From the NCBI RefSeq assembly GCF_000142905.1, contig NW_013657612.1:76328-140327 (forward strand): a stretch of 64,000 nt of DNA. Direction: 5' to 3'. This document shows, piece after piece, positions 54,400 through 64,000 of this stretch. The position numbers were made by a program, and so were the translations under genes. Below the pieces are notes generated by a model that saw only the letters and a list, made by a program, of their open reading frames with translations, was not told where the DNA came from and did not search any database. This DNA comes from Thecamonas trahens ATCC 50062. Its lineage: Eukaryota; Protista; Apusomonadida. How positions within the stretch are numbered: position 1 is the first letter of the stretch; each line of letters starts with the position of its first letter.

Positions 54400-54439
<40 letters not shown>

Positions 54440-56411
54440 GTTTGTGTGAGTACCGGTGGATGGAGGACGTAGTGGGCGTGGGTGGCGCATTGGTGTGGGG
54501 TGGACCAAGGATGATCCTGGCCGCATTCAATCCATCCCTCCACCTCCACCCTCTCCATACACTCACGGTCTCCCCCCCTCCTCCATTCACCCTCCATTCA
54601 CCCTCCGCAGTATGGAGACGCTTCGAACTGAGATCAAGTTCCCGACAATGACGCCTGTGCAGGCGGCGACTATTCCACTGCTGCTGTCCAACAAGGATGT
54701 GGTGGTTCAGGCACAGACTGGCTCGGGCAAGACGCTGGCCTTTGTGCTCCCTGCGCTGACGCTGCTGGCGAGGGAAGCGAGCTCGCTGCTCGATCATCAT
54801 GTGGGAGTGGTTATTCTGGCACCAACGCGCGAGCTGGCCAAGCAGATCCACAGGGTGGCCGTGCCGTTTGTCGCCGCACTGGAGATGAAGATGGACCTAC
54901 TCTGCGGCGGGACGCCTGTGGCCAATGATCTGACTCGACTCGAGGCCGAGGGGGCCAATGTCATTGTTGCCACGCCCGGGCGGATGCTCGATGTGATGGA
55001 GCAGGGCGGCGGCGGGCTGTCGTTCCGCGGCCTGGAGGTCCTCGTTCTCGACGAGGCCGACATGCTGCTGGACCTGGGCTTTGAGGCGACGCTGGTGGCC
55101 ATCATCGGCAAGCTGCCGCGCCAGCGGCGGACAGGCCTCTTCTCGGCGACGCAGACGTCGGCGCTCAAGGATCTGACCGCGGCCGGGCTTCGTAATCCGG
55201 TGGCGGTCAATGTGGCGGTGAGGTCCAGGGCCAGTGCGTCGGGCGAGAGCTCGCAGTCGACGCCGACCACGCTCTCGAACATGTTTGCGGTTGTGCCGGA
55301 CTCGTACTCCAAAACTGCGCTGCTGCTTGCGCTGCTGCAGCGGCTGGCAGCAGAGACGGAGGAGCACCACAAGATCATTGTCTACTTTCTCACCTGCGCC
55401 CAGGTCGAGTACTTCTCAGAGGTGCTTGTCGCTGCCGCGCCAGCGCTGTACAGCCGTTCTGCTTCCGGCAGCCTCCCGCTCTTTGCGCTTTCGGGCAAGC
55501 TGGTCCAGAAGCGGCGGTCGGCAACGATGCAGGCGTTCCGCAAGGCTGACGCCGGTGTTTTGTTTGCGACCGACATTGCTGCACGCGGACTCGACATTCC
55601 GGACGTCTCGTGGATTGTGCAGTACGATCCGCCCAAGGACGCCGACGTCTTTGTCCACCGGGTGGGGCGGACAGCGCGGCTTGGGCGCTCTGGCTCGGCG
55701 CTGCTGCTACTGCGCGAGGCCGAGCGTGGATACGCCGAGTTTGTGCAAATGCGCGGCTCACCGCTTGTCGAGTTTGCGACTGCACGGCCTGAGCTGGCGG
55801 CGAATGTGGCCAGCGATGTGCAGGAGGCGAATCCGCCGGCATGGAAGGTGCTGCAGGAGGCCGGACGTGCCGATAGGGCGGTGTACGAGGCGTCGCGCAA
55901 GGCTTATGTTTCATTTGTGCGCGGGTACAACGCGCACGTGTTCAACTTCTATTTTGACGCCAAAAAGCTCGACATGCTCCAGCTTGCGGCGTCGATGGGC
56001 CTTGTCCATCTGCCGTCAATGCCCGAACTCCGCTCGCTGGAAACGCGCAACTTTACGCTTCCCTGCGGATACAGCCCGATCGGCGACATTGCCCCCGAAG
56101 ACGTGGCGTACGCGAATCGCAAGCGGGAGGTGGCGCGGCTTGCTCGGCGTGAGAAGGAACAGGCCAAGCTGGAGGCACGGAAGGCCAAGCGGAAGGCGGC
56201 ACGAGCACGGCGGGTGGCCAATGTGCCCTGGTCCAAAAACAAGGCCAAGAAGGAGGCCAAGGCGACACGCAAGCGCAAGCGGCACGGCGAGTCGACGGAC
56301 AAGGCGGCGGTGGACTGGACCTCGCTTAACGAGCAAGCCCGGCTGCTGAAGCGGTTCAAGGCCGGCGACATTGACCGGGTGGCGTTTGAGGCGGCGATGG
56401 CCAAGTTTTAG
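54269..56411 (+). CDS. DDX55: DEAD-box RNA helicase DDX55/Spb4. Exon 1 is 54269-54339, intron 54340-54610
   Basis: MTPVQAATIPL, AQTGSGKT, PTRELA, LDEAD, LPRQRRTGLFSATQT, QYDPP, HRVGRTAR, LPSMPEL. Intron GTACGC...TACTCAC...CGCAG gives AT|T in phase. Confidence 0.92.
54394..54447. repeat. (TG)n microsatellite in the DDX55 intron
   Basis: Read directly. Confidence 0.85.
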
Positions 56412-56432
56412 TGCGGGGTGGGCGTGGGCGTG

Positions 56433-57611
56433 CTACGCCGCGCTCTCGCCCGCGGTGGCGATGTCGGCCAGCGCGCGGTGCTTGACGTACTGGCCGGCCG
56501 AGGCGGCCCACTCGGGCGGCAGCTGGGCGCCGGCTTCGGCGGCGGCGGCCCAGGCGACCATAAACGGCAGCATGGCGTCACTGAACTCGGACGAGGCCTC
56601 GCGAGGGAGGAGAGACGGCAGATTGTCGATGGTGACAATGTCAACACCGCGAGCCTCGCTCCCAACGTGGGTCATGGGTGCGTCAAAGGTGGTGTTGACG
56701 TTGGCAAACGGAATCGGGTTGTGCGGGTTCGTTGTGTCGCACGACACGTCGCACACCACCGAGAGGCGCGGGGCGGCTGCAGACTCGATCATGTCGAGGG
56801 TGACAAACGGCGGGATGGGCTTGGAAAGGTAGATGCAGTTGACAAAGACGTCGACATCGACGATGGCGTCAAACGGGCCGCCGCCGGCCGTCTCGGCCAT
56901 GTCCCACTTGAGGAGGTCGTCGCCGGTGATGCCAGCGGCCTCGCAGAGCGCCACGGCGCCTGAGCCGGCGCGGCCGAGTGCGCCCATGACCATGATCTTG
57001 GGCGGCGCAGCACCAGCAGCAATGGCATCCGCCACGGCAGCCGCCACGGCAGCAACCAGTGCGTCCTTGGATGAGTACGCCTCCTGCGGACCGAGGACAG
57101 CGCCGGTCGCCTTGGCGGCCCAGCCGAGGATGGCGAGGCCGGCACCAGCAAAGCCAGCCATAAAGCCAAAGGCAGCGACGCGGCGGCCAGAGTCAGGATG
57201 AACAACATACTCCAGATCAAGGAGGCGAGCGCGTGCGCCAGGCTCGGGCGCGGAAGCCAGGAGCTTATCGGTCTCGGCGTGCAGCGGGCCGAAGCGGGTG
57301 AGAAAGTCAGCCCAGCCGGCCTGGCCCTTGTAGGCGTGGCCAAACATGACATGGGTGTGGCGCAGGTCCGAGCCATCCTCCGGAAGCTCCTTGAGAGCAC
57401 ACACCACAGCAGTATCGTCAGCATCAACCCATGTGCCTGCAGGCACCAGCTGAGCACCGACAGCCGCATACTCGTCATCGGCAAAGGCACGGGTCGTCGA
57501 CGACTCGACGGTCACCGACACGCCCGCAGCCACAAGGCTCGCAGCCGTCTCGGGCGTGAGGAAAGCACGGCGTTCACCATCCTTGATCTCGTCGCGGAGC
57601 CAGACGTGCAT
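56433..57611 (-). CDS. LYS1: Saccharopine dehydrogenase (NAD+, L-lysine-forming)
   Basis: WLRDE.K..ERR, LKELP, FGHAYKGQAGW, LLDLEY, RRVAAFGFMAG, GALGRAGSGA, FVNCIYL, DVSCDTTNPHNP, IDNLPSLLPREAS. Confidence 0.93.
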   Translation of the reverse strand: MHVWLRDEIKDGERRAFLTPETAASLVAAGVSVTVESSTTRAFADDEYAAVGAQLVPAGTWVDADDTAVVCALKELPEDGSDLRHTHVMFGHAYKGQAGWADFLTRFGPLHAETDKLLASAPEPGARARLLDLEYVVHPDSGRRVAAFGFMAGFAGAGLAILGWAAKATGAVLGPQEAYSSKDALVAAVAAAVADAIAAGAAPPKIMVMGALGRAGSGAVALCEAAGITGDDLLKWDMAETAGGGPFDAIVDVDVFVNCIYLSKPIPPFVTLDMIESAAAPRLSVVCDVSCDTTNPHNPIPFANVNTTFDAPMTHVGSEARGVDIVTIDNLPSLLPREASSEFSDAMLPFMVAWAAAAEAGAQLPPEWAASAGQYVKHRALADIATAGESAA

Positions 57612-57728
57612 GGTTGCAGCGAGTTGTTTGTGAGGGGAAGTGGGAAGTGGGGGGAGGGTGTGGAGAAGGCAGAGGTGACTTGGTTTTGGTGCGTGCGGGT
57701 CGTTCGTCGAAGGGCTCCGTTTGGTGGC

Positions 57729-58763
57729 TCAGGATGACGGCCAAACCTCGATCTGGGACGGCGCATACTCTGCCGCGTTGTCGTGGGCAGTAATGAACGA
57801 GTGGGCGGCGGCAAGGTCGGCGATCTGGCACGGTGCGGCTTCGATGGCGGTCATGAGCCGTTGCCAGGCGGTGGCAGGTAGCAGCCGCAACCACTCGAGG
57901 CGGGCTGGGACGATGACGATCACGGCAAAGTTGTGAAAGGGCAGTAGCGAAGCTGAACAGGTACGTGCCGTGTCGAGCGCGGCCTCGAGGCGAGTGACTG
58001 CCGCCGGGGTGCTGATGACAACGGCTTGGTCAGTAGCTTGAGGTGGAGGAGCGGAGCCGATCGAGACGAGGCGGCGGCCTCCGTCGACAGCTTCGATCTG
58101 CGCAGCTAGATCAGCTAGCGCCTCGGGCTCCCCGGCAGTCTCAGCAATGATGATGGGCGTGTGCATGTGGTCGGGGTGCACAAAGAGTCCGAGGCCGTCG
58201 TGATCGTGAACGGCATCGGGCAGGTCGTCTGCGGCCGAGTACGCGGTGTTGAAGGCTGAGAACGACGAAGCACTAGCACGACTTGCCTTCCGCCAGAGCG
58301 CATTGCGGAGGGCAGCGAGTATGTCAGCGGTGGCAGGATCTCCTGAGCTTGCGCAAGCTGTTCCGATGAGCATGTCGCCGCGGACGCGGACCTGGTCGCG
58401 GGTGGCGGCAAAGTACCAGGCCAGCTCGGCGGCGGCCGGTGAGCCACCCGGCGCGTCGAGAGCCTTCTCCGATCGCGCGTCGGTAGTGAAGCAGAGCGCG
58501 TCAGCAAAGTTATCAGCGGCATCGGCGCCGAGGATGTCCCTTGCCGAACCGCGGAACGACATGGTGCGGACCCGCGGCTCGCCGGATGGCGATACTGTAG
58601 CGAGCGGGACGAAGCGGGCCATCGGCCCGACGACTGGCATCAGTAGCAGTGGTGAGTAAGCGGAAGGGGAGAGGAAGATCGTGCTCCGGTTCGCTGTGTG
58701 GGAAAGGCGAGTCGTACCGCGCATGTTGGCCGCAAAGATCCGCGCGAGCGTCGCTGGGTTCAT
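57729..58763 (-). CDS. Pyridoxamine 5'-phosphate oxidase-like FMN-binding protein
   Basis: LATVSPSGEPRVRTMSFRG, FTTDARSEK, AELAWYF..TRDQVRVRG, and C-terminal NFAVIVIVP..LEWLRL. Confidence 0.75.
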   Translation of the reverse strand: MNPATLARIFAANMRGTTRLSHTANRSTIFLSPSAYSPLLLMPVVGPMARFVPLATVSPSGEPRVRTMSFRGSARDILGADAADNFADALCFTTDARSEKALDAPGGSPAAAELAWYFAATRDQVRVRGDMLIGTACASSGDPATADILAALRNALWRKASRASASSFSAFNTAYSAADDLPDAVHDHDGLGLFVHPDHMHTPIIIAETAGEPEALADLAAQIEAVDGGRRLVSIGSAPPPQATDQAVVISTPAAVTRLEAALDTARTCSASLLPFHNFAVIVIVPARLEWLRLLPATAWQRLMTAIEAAPCQIADLAAAHSFITAHDNAAEYAPSQIEVWPSS

Positions 58764-58940
58764 TGCCTTGTGGACAGAGAGCAGTGGAGGCAGGTGTGTG
58801 CAGGCGGGCTAGTTGGGCTGGAAATGGAAGGGTATGTCAGCCACAGGCTGGCAGGGGAGTCAGTGGAGTAGAGGAGGGAGAGTGATGATAGCAGTCGGCG
58901 GTGAGGGGAGGGGGGGGGGGGGGCAGATGGTGTCTACGGG

Positions 58941-59785
58941 TTAACCCTTAGCGGTGCGGTCGTTCGGACGCGTTGTCGCGCGTCTCAAAGTGAACAACTC
59001 GATGATGCCCGACTTCCAGGTCACCGACCGACGCTGCGCGACGCCTGCTTGGCCTGCGGCTTGAGATGAGAGGCGTGCCCGCACGTGACGGCGGTGACGG
59101 ACGCATGGAAGCATGGGCGAGGGGCACGAGGTGCCGTACGGTGCCGATCCGGAGGAACGGTGGGCGCGGACGGTGCGGAGCTTGTTGTTGACGACCCGGA
59201 CGACCGGGAAGGAGAGCATGACAGAGTTGACCACAGCGGCCGGGCGGGAGAGTGCGAGGACGTCTTGCGAAGGACGAGCTTTCCGGTCGGCGTGGCTGCG
59301 CAAGTGGTGGCACGCCATCTTGTACTGGATGCTGGATGTCGCGCTCATCAACGCGTACGCGCTCTACGCTGACGCGAGCTCACGCCCTGCCATGACTCGC
59401 GTGGCTTTTCTCTACGACATCATCGACGCCCTCGCTCCAGCACCGACGGCGCCAGCTCCGCGCTGTCGCGCAAGCGGAAGCGTCCCTCTGCAGCGGCTGC
59501 TCATCATCACCACCTTCCACAACAAGCCGCTCTGCGATGCGACTGCCTCGCCTGCCGGAAGCTTCACGGTAAGCGATCGCGGCCGCGGAGTTTTGCGCCG
59601 CGTGCGGCGTCCATCTCTGCATCGCCGACTGTTCTCTGTTGCAGCCCACCAGTGGCCACAACAGCCATTAACACATTGTACTACTCTTTTACCGCGATTG
59701 ATGGACGTTGCGACGTCTGTGGAGCGTCGCGGAGCGCGGCTTGTGCGATGAACAAATTTGTCCATTCCGTACCGTAAAGGGTTAA
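58941..59785 (+). mobile_element. Decayed, non-autonomous piggyBac transposon (element 58945-59781, TTAA target-site duplications)
   Basis: TTAA at 58941-58944 and 59782-59785. Terminal inverted repeats CCCTTAGCGGTGCGG and CCCTTTACGGTACGG match at 12/15. Transposase remnant RKWWHAILYWMLDVALINAYALY, plus a frameshifted Cys-rich tail (DCLACRK...FCAACGVHLCIADC). Confidence 0.88.
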
Positions 59786-60529
59786 GCGCGCGAACGAGCG
59801 TAGTAGCCTGCACGATGGAGACAGCAGTGGGTAGAGATTGATGAGTAGAGATAGAGTGTGTGTAGAGGGAAGGAGGGGGGAGAGAGGGAGAGAGAGAGAA
59901 AGAGAGAGAGAGAGAGATCGCGGCAGACGTACCCAGGCCGGCGCAGATGGCGAGGAAGCCGAAGATCTAAAGATACAGAGAGAGAGAGCGGAAGATTTGA
60001 CATCGCAGGACACATCCGAGTGAGTAGGGGTAGGAATTGCGCGGTAGAGGGTGATGGATATGCGCGCGCGTGTGTGTGTGTGTGTGCGTGCGCAGCAGGA
60101 GGATGCGGTGTGTGGGCCAGCGGTCGCACGTGACGAAAAATCGAAGTGCGGCGGCCGGAAGCAGGGAGTGAACGGCGCGTGTATGTGTGGGGAGGGTGTG
60201 GATGGGAGAGGGTGTGGAGGAGATTGGATGGTGTTGCAGTGGCTATGGGGGTGGCATGGGGTGTACGGAGGGGCTTGTCCGGTTGTCGGGGAAGTGCACA
60301 GGGTGGAGCATGGTGGTGGTGGCGGGACGGCAGGGATGGGCAGGTGACAAGAGTCACACGGGCGAAGGGTACAGGCAAGGGGAGAAGGCAGGCAGGGACA
60401 GCAGGAAAAGAAGCGATGACATACCAGGCCAAGGATGAGGCAGATGGTGTCACCGGCGTCCCAGGCGTCAGCAGGCTGTGCGAAGGCAAGGACAACCGCA
60501 ACGAGCAGCGCAAAGTAGACAAAGTTCAT
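59782..60529 (-). CDS. SMIM30: SMIM30-like small integral membrane protein, 54 aa, three exons: 60529-60425, 59966-59933, 59807-59782
   Basis: Spliced product MNFVYFALLVAVVLAFAQPADAWDAGDTICLILGLIFGFLAICAGLGYYARSRA resembles SMIM30 (..EAGDAIALLLG...ICACLGVYAR). Both introns are GT..AG and in phase. Confidence 0.78.
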
Positions 60530-60712
60530 CGTTGGCAAACGACAAGTGTGGCTTGATAAGATTGTCAGCAGCTGGGGCGGGGCAAGGGGGAGGCGGCTTG
60601 TCAGGTGGGCGGTGGCGATGGGGACTGGGATGGGCGGACACGAGGGTTATGGGGAGTATACTTGACTCGGTGGTCCGGGCAAGTGACTTGTGCGTGGAAC
60701 CAGGTGGGAAGT

Positions 60713-61669
60713 ATGGCTGCAGAAGAGTTTTCGCTGCCGTATGTGGACACTGAGCTGGAGGCCGGGGCGGGGGTGGTGGATGCCGAGCTGGCAGCCGAGT
60801 ATGCGGCGGTGCCGTATGATGCACAGGCGTACGCGGCAGCACTGCCTCCACTGCCAGCATGCATGGAGAACGGCGGCGGAGGTGCGGTGGCGCTTGAGCC
60901 GCGGCTGGACTTGTCGCGGTACTCGGTGCCGGAGCCGGCGACGGCCGAGGAGGTCGGGCCGGCCGTGGGAAACGCGGCGGCGGTGCTGGAGATTGCCGGG
61001 GCGCGGCTGATGAACGCCGAGCTGGGCAAAGAGCACGCGGTGGGCGAGTGGAAGGCGGCGGTGGAGCAGAAAGAGGCGTTGATTGATGCCATGACGGCGG
61101 CACTGAAGCGAGTGGAGGAGGAGGACGAGAAGGTGAACCGGGCGCGGGCCGAGGCGCAGCTGGCCAAGGCCGGCAAGATCCGCGGGCTGGAGAGCGAGTA
61201 TCAACAGCTGGTGATGAAGAACGCCGCCATTGCTGAAGCCGTGGACAACCTTCGCGAGCGAATGGTGGGTGTGGCGCCCAAGTTCAAGACACTGTATGTG
61301 TTCGAGTCGCCGGTGGCCACTCTGGTGGAGATCAAGCGGACGGACGCACCAGCACATGTCACCGACAAGGGCCTCATCTACCATTGGGTGGTCATCGGTG
61401 GAGCGCAGGCCGGCGAGGCTGGACCCGGGCCGGTCTCCGCGCCGCAGCAGGTAGTCAAGATGACGTTCGAGGCCATGCCGTCGGCGACGTCGCGAACGTT
61501 TGGCGAAGCGTTTCTGGAAATGGCCAGCGACTTTAGCAGCGCACACCTGCGTTTCCGGGTCGCCGGCGCCCAGACGATCGACCTTGTCGCGCGGCAGGGG
61601 CTCGACGATCTGTCGTCGATGATTGTGGCTGCGTGGCTCTCGCAAATGCCCTGGCCGGCAAGCGAGTGA
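60713..61669 (+). CDS. BCAS2: Pre-mRNA splicing factor SPF27/BCAS2 with an extra C-terminal domain
   Basis: SLPYVD, RLDLSRYSVPEP, AVGNA...RLMNAEL...W, VNRAR...Q...LESEYQQLVMKN. About 135 further residues follow. Confidence 0.8.
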   Translation: MAAEEFSLPYVDTELEAGAGVVDAELAAEYAAVPYDAQAYAAALPPLPACMENGGGGAVALEPRLDLSRYSVPEPATAEEVGPAVGNAAAVLEIAGARLMNAELGKEHAVGEWKAAVEQKEALIDAMTAALKRVEEEDEKVNRARAEAQLAKAGKIRGLESEYQQLVMKNAAIAEAVDNLRERMVGVAPKFKTLYVFESPVATLVEIKRTDAPAHVTDKGLIYHWVVIGGAQAGEAGPGPVSAPQQVVKMTFEAMPSATSRTFGEAFLEMASDFSSAHLRFRVAGAQTIDLVARQGLDDLSSMIVAAWLSQMPWPASE

Positions 61670-61699
61670 GAGCACCGTAAAGGGTTGACACAGGCAGAG

Positions 61700-63796
61700 A
61701 GGAAAGCATCCTCGCCCTCTCTGCCTTCCCATAATCCGCCTCCCACGCCTTGAGCAGAGCAGTGGTCGGTTGTCGTCGGTGCACAAGGCCGAGCCAACTA
61801 CTTCCACCAGCTCAAATGATGGCTCTGATCCCGTGCCGATAACGCGCGGCGGCACATTCGTCACCGTCGTCGTCGGCTGACCGAGCAATGGCTGGCCGTC
61901 ACTCGACGACTCGCACCAAGCCTCGGCCTCGGCCACAGCAGCAGCGCCAGCCCGCCGCGGGGGGTCAGCAGCATCGAGGGGCCAACAACTTGGGCCTCAG
62001 GTGGCAGAACTCGGATTCTGGAATACTGCAGCTGTGGATTGGAGACTGTACAAGGGGGTAGTGTGTGTATATAGTAGAGTGGTAGTGAAATAAGATTGGC
62101 CATATCTTGCAATGAGGTTGGTGGGGTCGTGTGCGGGGTCGGGCGGTCGAGGGCTTGCTCAACCGCCTAGGCAAAACAAGCCGACGCGGAAATGAGCCGA
62201 GGTCGATGGGTATCGATGACAGCGATATTGGTACTGGTGATAGTGTGAGATGTATGATGACCTTGGGTGTGGTCGCGGGTTGTGTAGCTGGTAGTGGGAA
62301 TGAGCTAGGTGGTGATGAAGGTGGGCCTGATCGGGCGAGCGGGCGGCGGCTGGCGGCTGATGGTCGGCGAGGCGGGGGCGGCAAAGGGGGCTGGGTCGAG
62401 GCTGGGTGGATCGAGATTGCTGTTGGTTGGTGGATAAGCAGTATGGCATATGATGGTTGAGGGTTGTGGGTGTCAAGGTCGGGGGAGAGGATGGGGGTGA
62501 GGTAGAGCGAGGAGAGGAGGAGGAGGAGGAGGAAGAGGAAGCGGGGTGCGCGATGGGATGGTGGTAAGGATGCCCAAGGCATGTGGGTGGGCTTGTGGCT
62601 GGAATGATTGTTATATTGGTGGAGTAGGAGGTGAGGGTCGTGGTTTGTGGTGACGGGTGGTAATGAGTATGGTAGGGGGGGATGAGGGGGGTCGTGACGT
62701 GGGTGACGGGACGGGCGAAGGGGTGGTGGGTATGGCGATTGGGCTTGAGCATTAATGAAGGTGATTATGATACGGCTGATGGGTGTGTGTGGGGTGTGGG
62801 CGATAGGGGCGGCGGGTACTTGGCCGGCAGAGGGAAGGCGGCGGACGTTAATTGAGTTGAACGTTGAATTAATTGAAGAAAAGCCGGAACCAGCATCAAA
62901 CGAGGCAATGACGTCCACAACAACAGCCAGAGGTCAAACATGACATTCACAGCACACACATGAGAAAGTCAAGAGGGACTGAGTAAAGCTGTCAGGCAAT
63001 AGGATGGACTCGGGTGACGTTGAGGTCGTTGAGGCAGGGCGCGGTTGATCGATCAGATCTGCAGATCAACCATGACCACGACACAACAAGGTCAACACAA
63101 AATACATTGCATGCACAACTATCGATCATGCCCAACTACACCAAAGTTGAGAATCGATAGTGTAGTGAGCAAGGCCCGATGGTGGATGTGGAAGTCAAAA
63201 TCGAAGAAAACAGGAGAATCAAGAACAATTGAAGCACGACGAATAATGATACAAAGCAACAACACGAGCGAAAGGAATGATGAATGGTGATGCATGTCAA
63301 TTGTGGTCAAGCATCGAAAGCAACAGCGACCAAAGCAGAACATGAAAGCAAACAATAGCAACAACAAAGCATGTGGAAACATGAACGGCAAAGAACAAGG
63401 AACATGGATAGCCACCAACAAGAGAAACAGAAAGAATGGAATGATCAAAAAACAATAATCAATGACAATCAATTGAACATCAAACCAATCGAACGAGTGA
63501 CAAGTGGCGAATCATGTAATTGTTGAATAACATTCATGTCACACACCAACCCGCACATGCGCCTCGGCCGAACGAGTGACACGGGCAAGTGTCAATGGGG
63601 GGATCGAGATTGTAAATCACCATCAAAGACTCAATTGACGCCCGTGCACAGCCATGCGCATAGTGGGGTGGTGGATGAGTATGGTGAGGTGGGTGCGAAT
63701 GTGGATATGGGTCATGGATGGGATGCGAAGGGGTGGCAAGAGGGCAGTGAGTGGCAAGTGGAGTGAGTGGTGATCGGTGGGGAGAAATGGAGTGGG
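61700..63796. other. Subtelomeric, apparently non-coding region
   Basis: GC3-style coding pattern is lost. A G/purine-rich stretch is followed by an A-rich, lower-GC block at about 63050-63540. Confidence 0.6.
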
Positions 63797-63845
63797 GCTA
63801 GGGTTGATGAGGCATCAGCTAGGGTTGACGAGGCATCAGCTAGAG
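63797..63845 (+). repeat. Telomere-adjacent 21-bp repeat GCTAGGGTTGAYGAGGCATCA, 2 copies plus a partial third
   Basis: Copies at 63797-63817 and 63818-63838, then GCTAGAG. Confidence 0.8.
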
Positions 63846-64000
63846 TTAGGGTTAGGGTTAGGGTTAGGGTTAGGGTTAGGGTTAGGGTTAGGGTTAGGGT
63901 TAGGGTTAGGGTTAGGGTTAGGGTTAGGGTTAGGGTTAGGGTTAGGGTTAGGGTTAGGGTTAGGGTTAGGGTTAGGTTCCATTTAGGGTTAGGGTTAGGG
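63846..64000 (+). repeat. Telomeric repeat (TTAGGG)n
   Basis: 21 perfect units, one interruption TTAGG-TTCCAT at 63972-63982, then 3 units to the window end. The G-rich strand runs toward the end. Confidence 0.97.

Noticed and set aside
61690-62960. Short minus-strand ORFs in the subtelomere (possible decayed gene)
   Set aside because: No recognisable homology and no consistent exon structure could be built.
1-64000. tRNA, rRNA, snRNA genes and selenoprotein or stop-readthrough signals
   Set aside because: None recognised by eye. tRNAscan-SE and Infernal would be needed to exclude them.

Overview
Gene-dense, GC-rich, intron-poor eukaryotic scaffold end that terminates in a (TTAGGG)n telomere. 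There are about 30 protein-coding genes, four 100-N assembly gaps, and a few spliceosomal introns with GTACGT-type donors. The overall style (high GC, few introns, CatSper, fungal-type LYS1, TTAGGG) suggests a flagellated protist such as the apusomonad Thecamonas; this is inference only. Recognisable genes are PI4KA, GTF2H5/TFB5, YaaA, AAGAB, RAD51D, NOL8, TRAPPC8, a p24/TMED, CATSPER4-like, DDX55/SPB4, LYS1, SMIM30-like and BCAS2/SPF27. Also present are an SLC38-like transporter, S28, C45 and G1-like hydrolases, a receptor adenylyl cyclase and two paralogous sushi/Cys-rich multi-pass receptors. Main highlights: (1) a NEIL1-type Fpg/Nei glycosylase fused in one reading frame to a family-1 uracil-DNA glycosylase; (2) three TerD-like domains fused to an NME5-type NDP kinase plus Dpy-30; (3) a decayed piggyBac whose TTAA target site is the stop codon of a three-exon SMIM30-like microprotein gene; (4) CLEAR-like GTCACGTG boxes upstream of putative lysosomal hydrolases; (5) GATC-based palindromes in divergent promoters; (6) a 177-bp dispersed element present twice. 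Seven single-base frameshifts at homopolymers are most probably sequencing errors. All family calls come from motif recognition by eye, not database searches.
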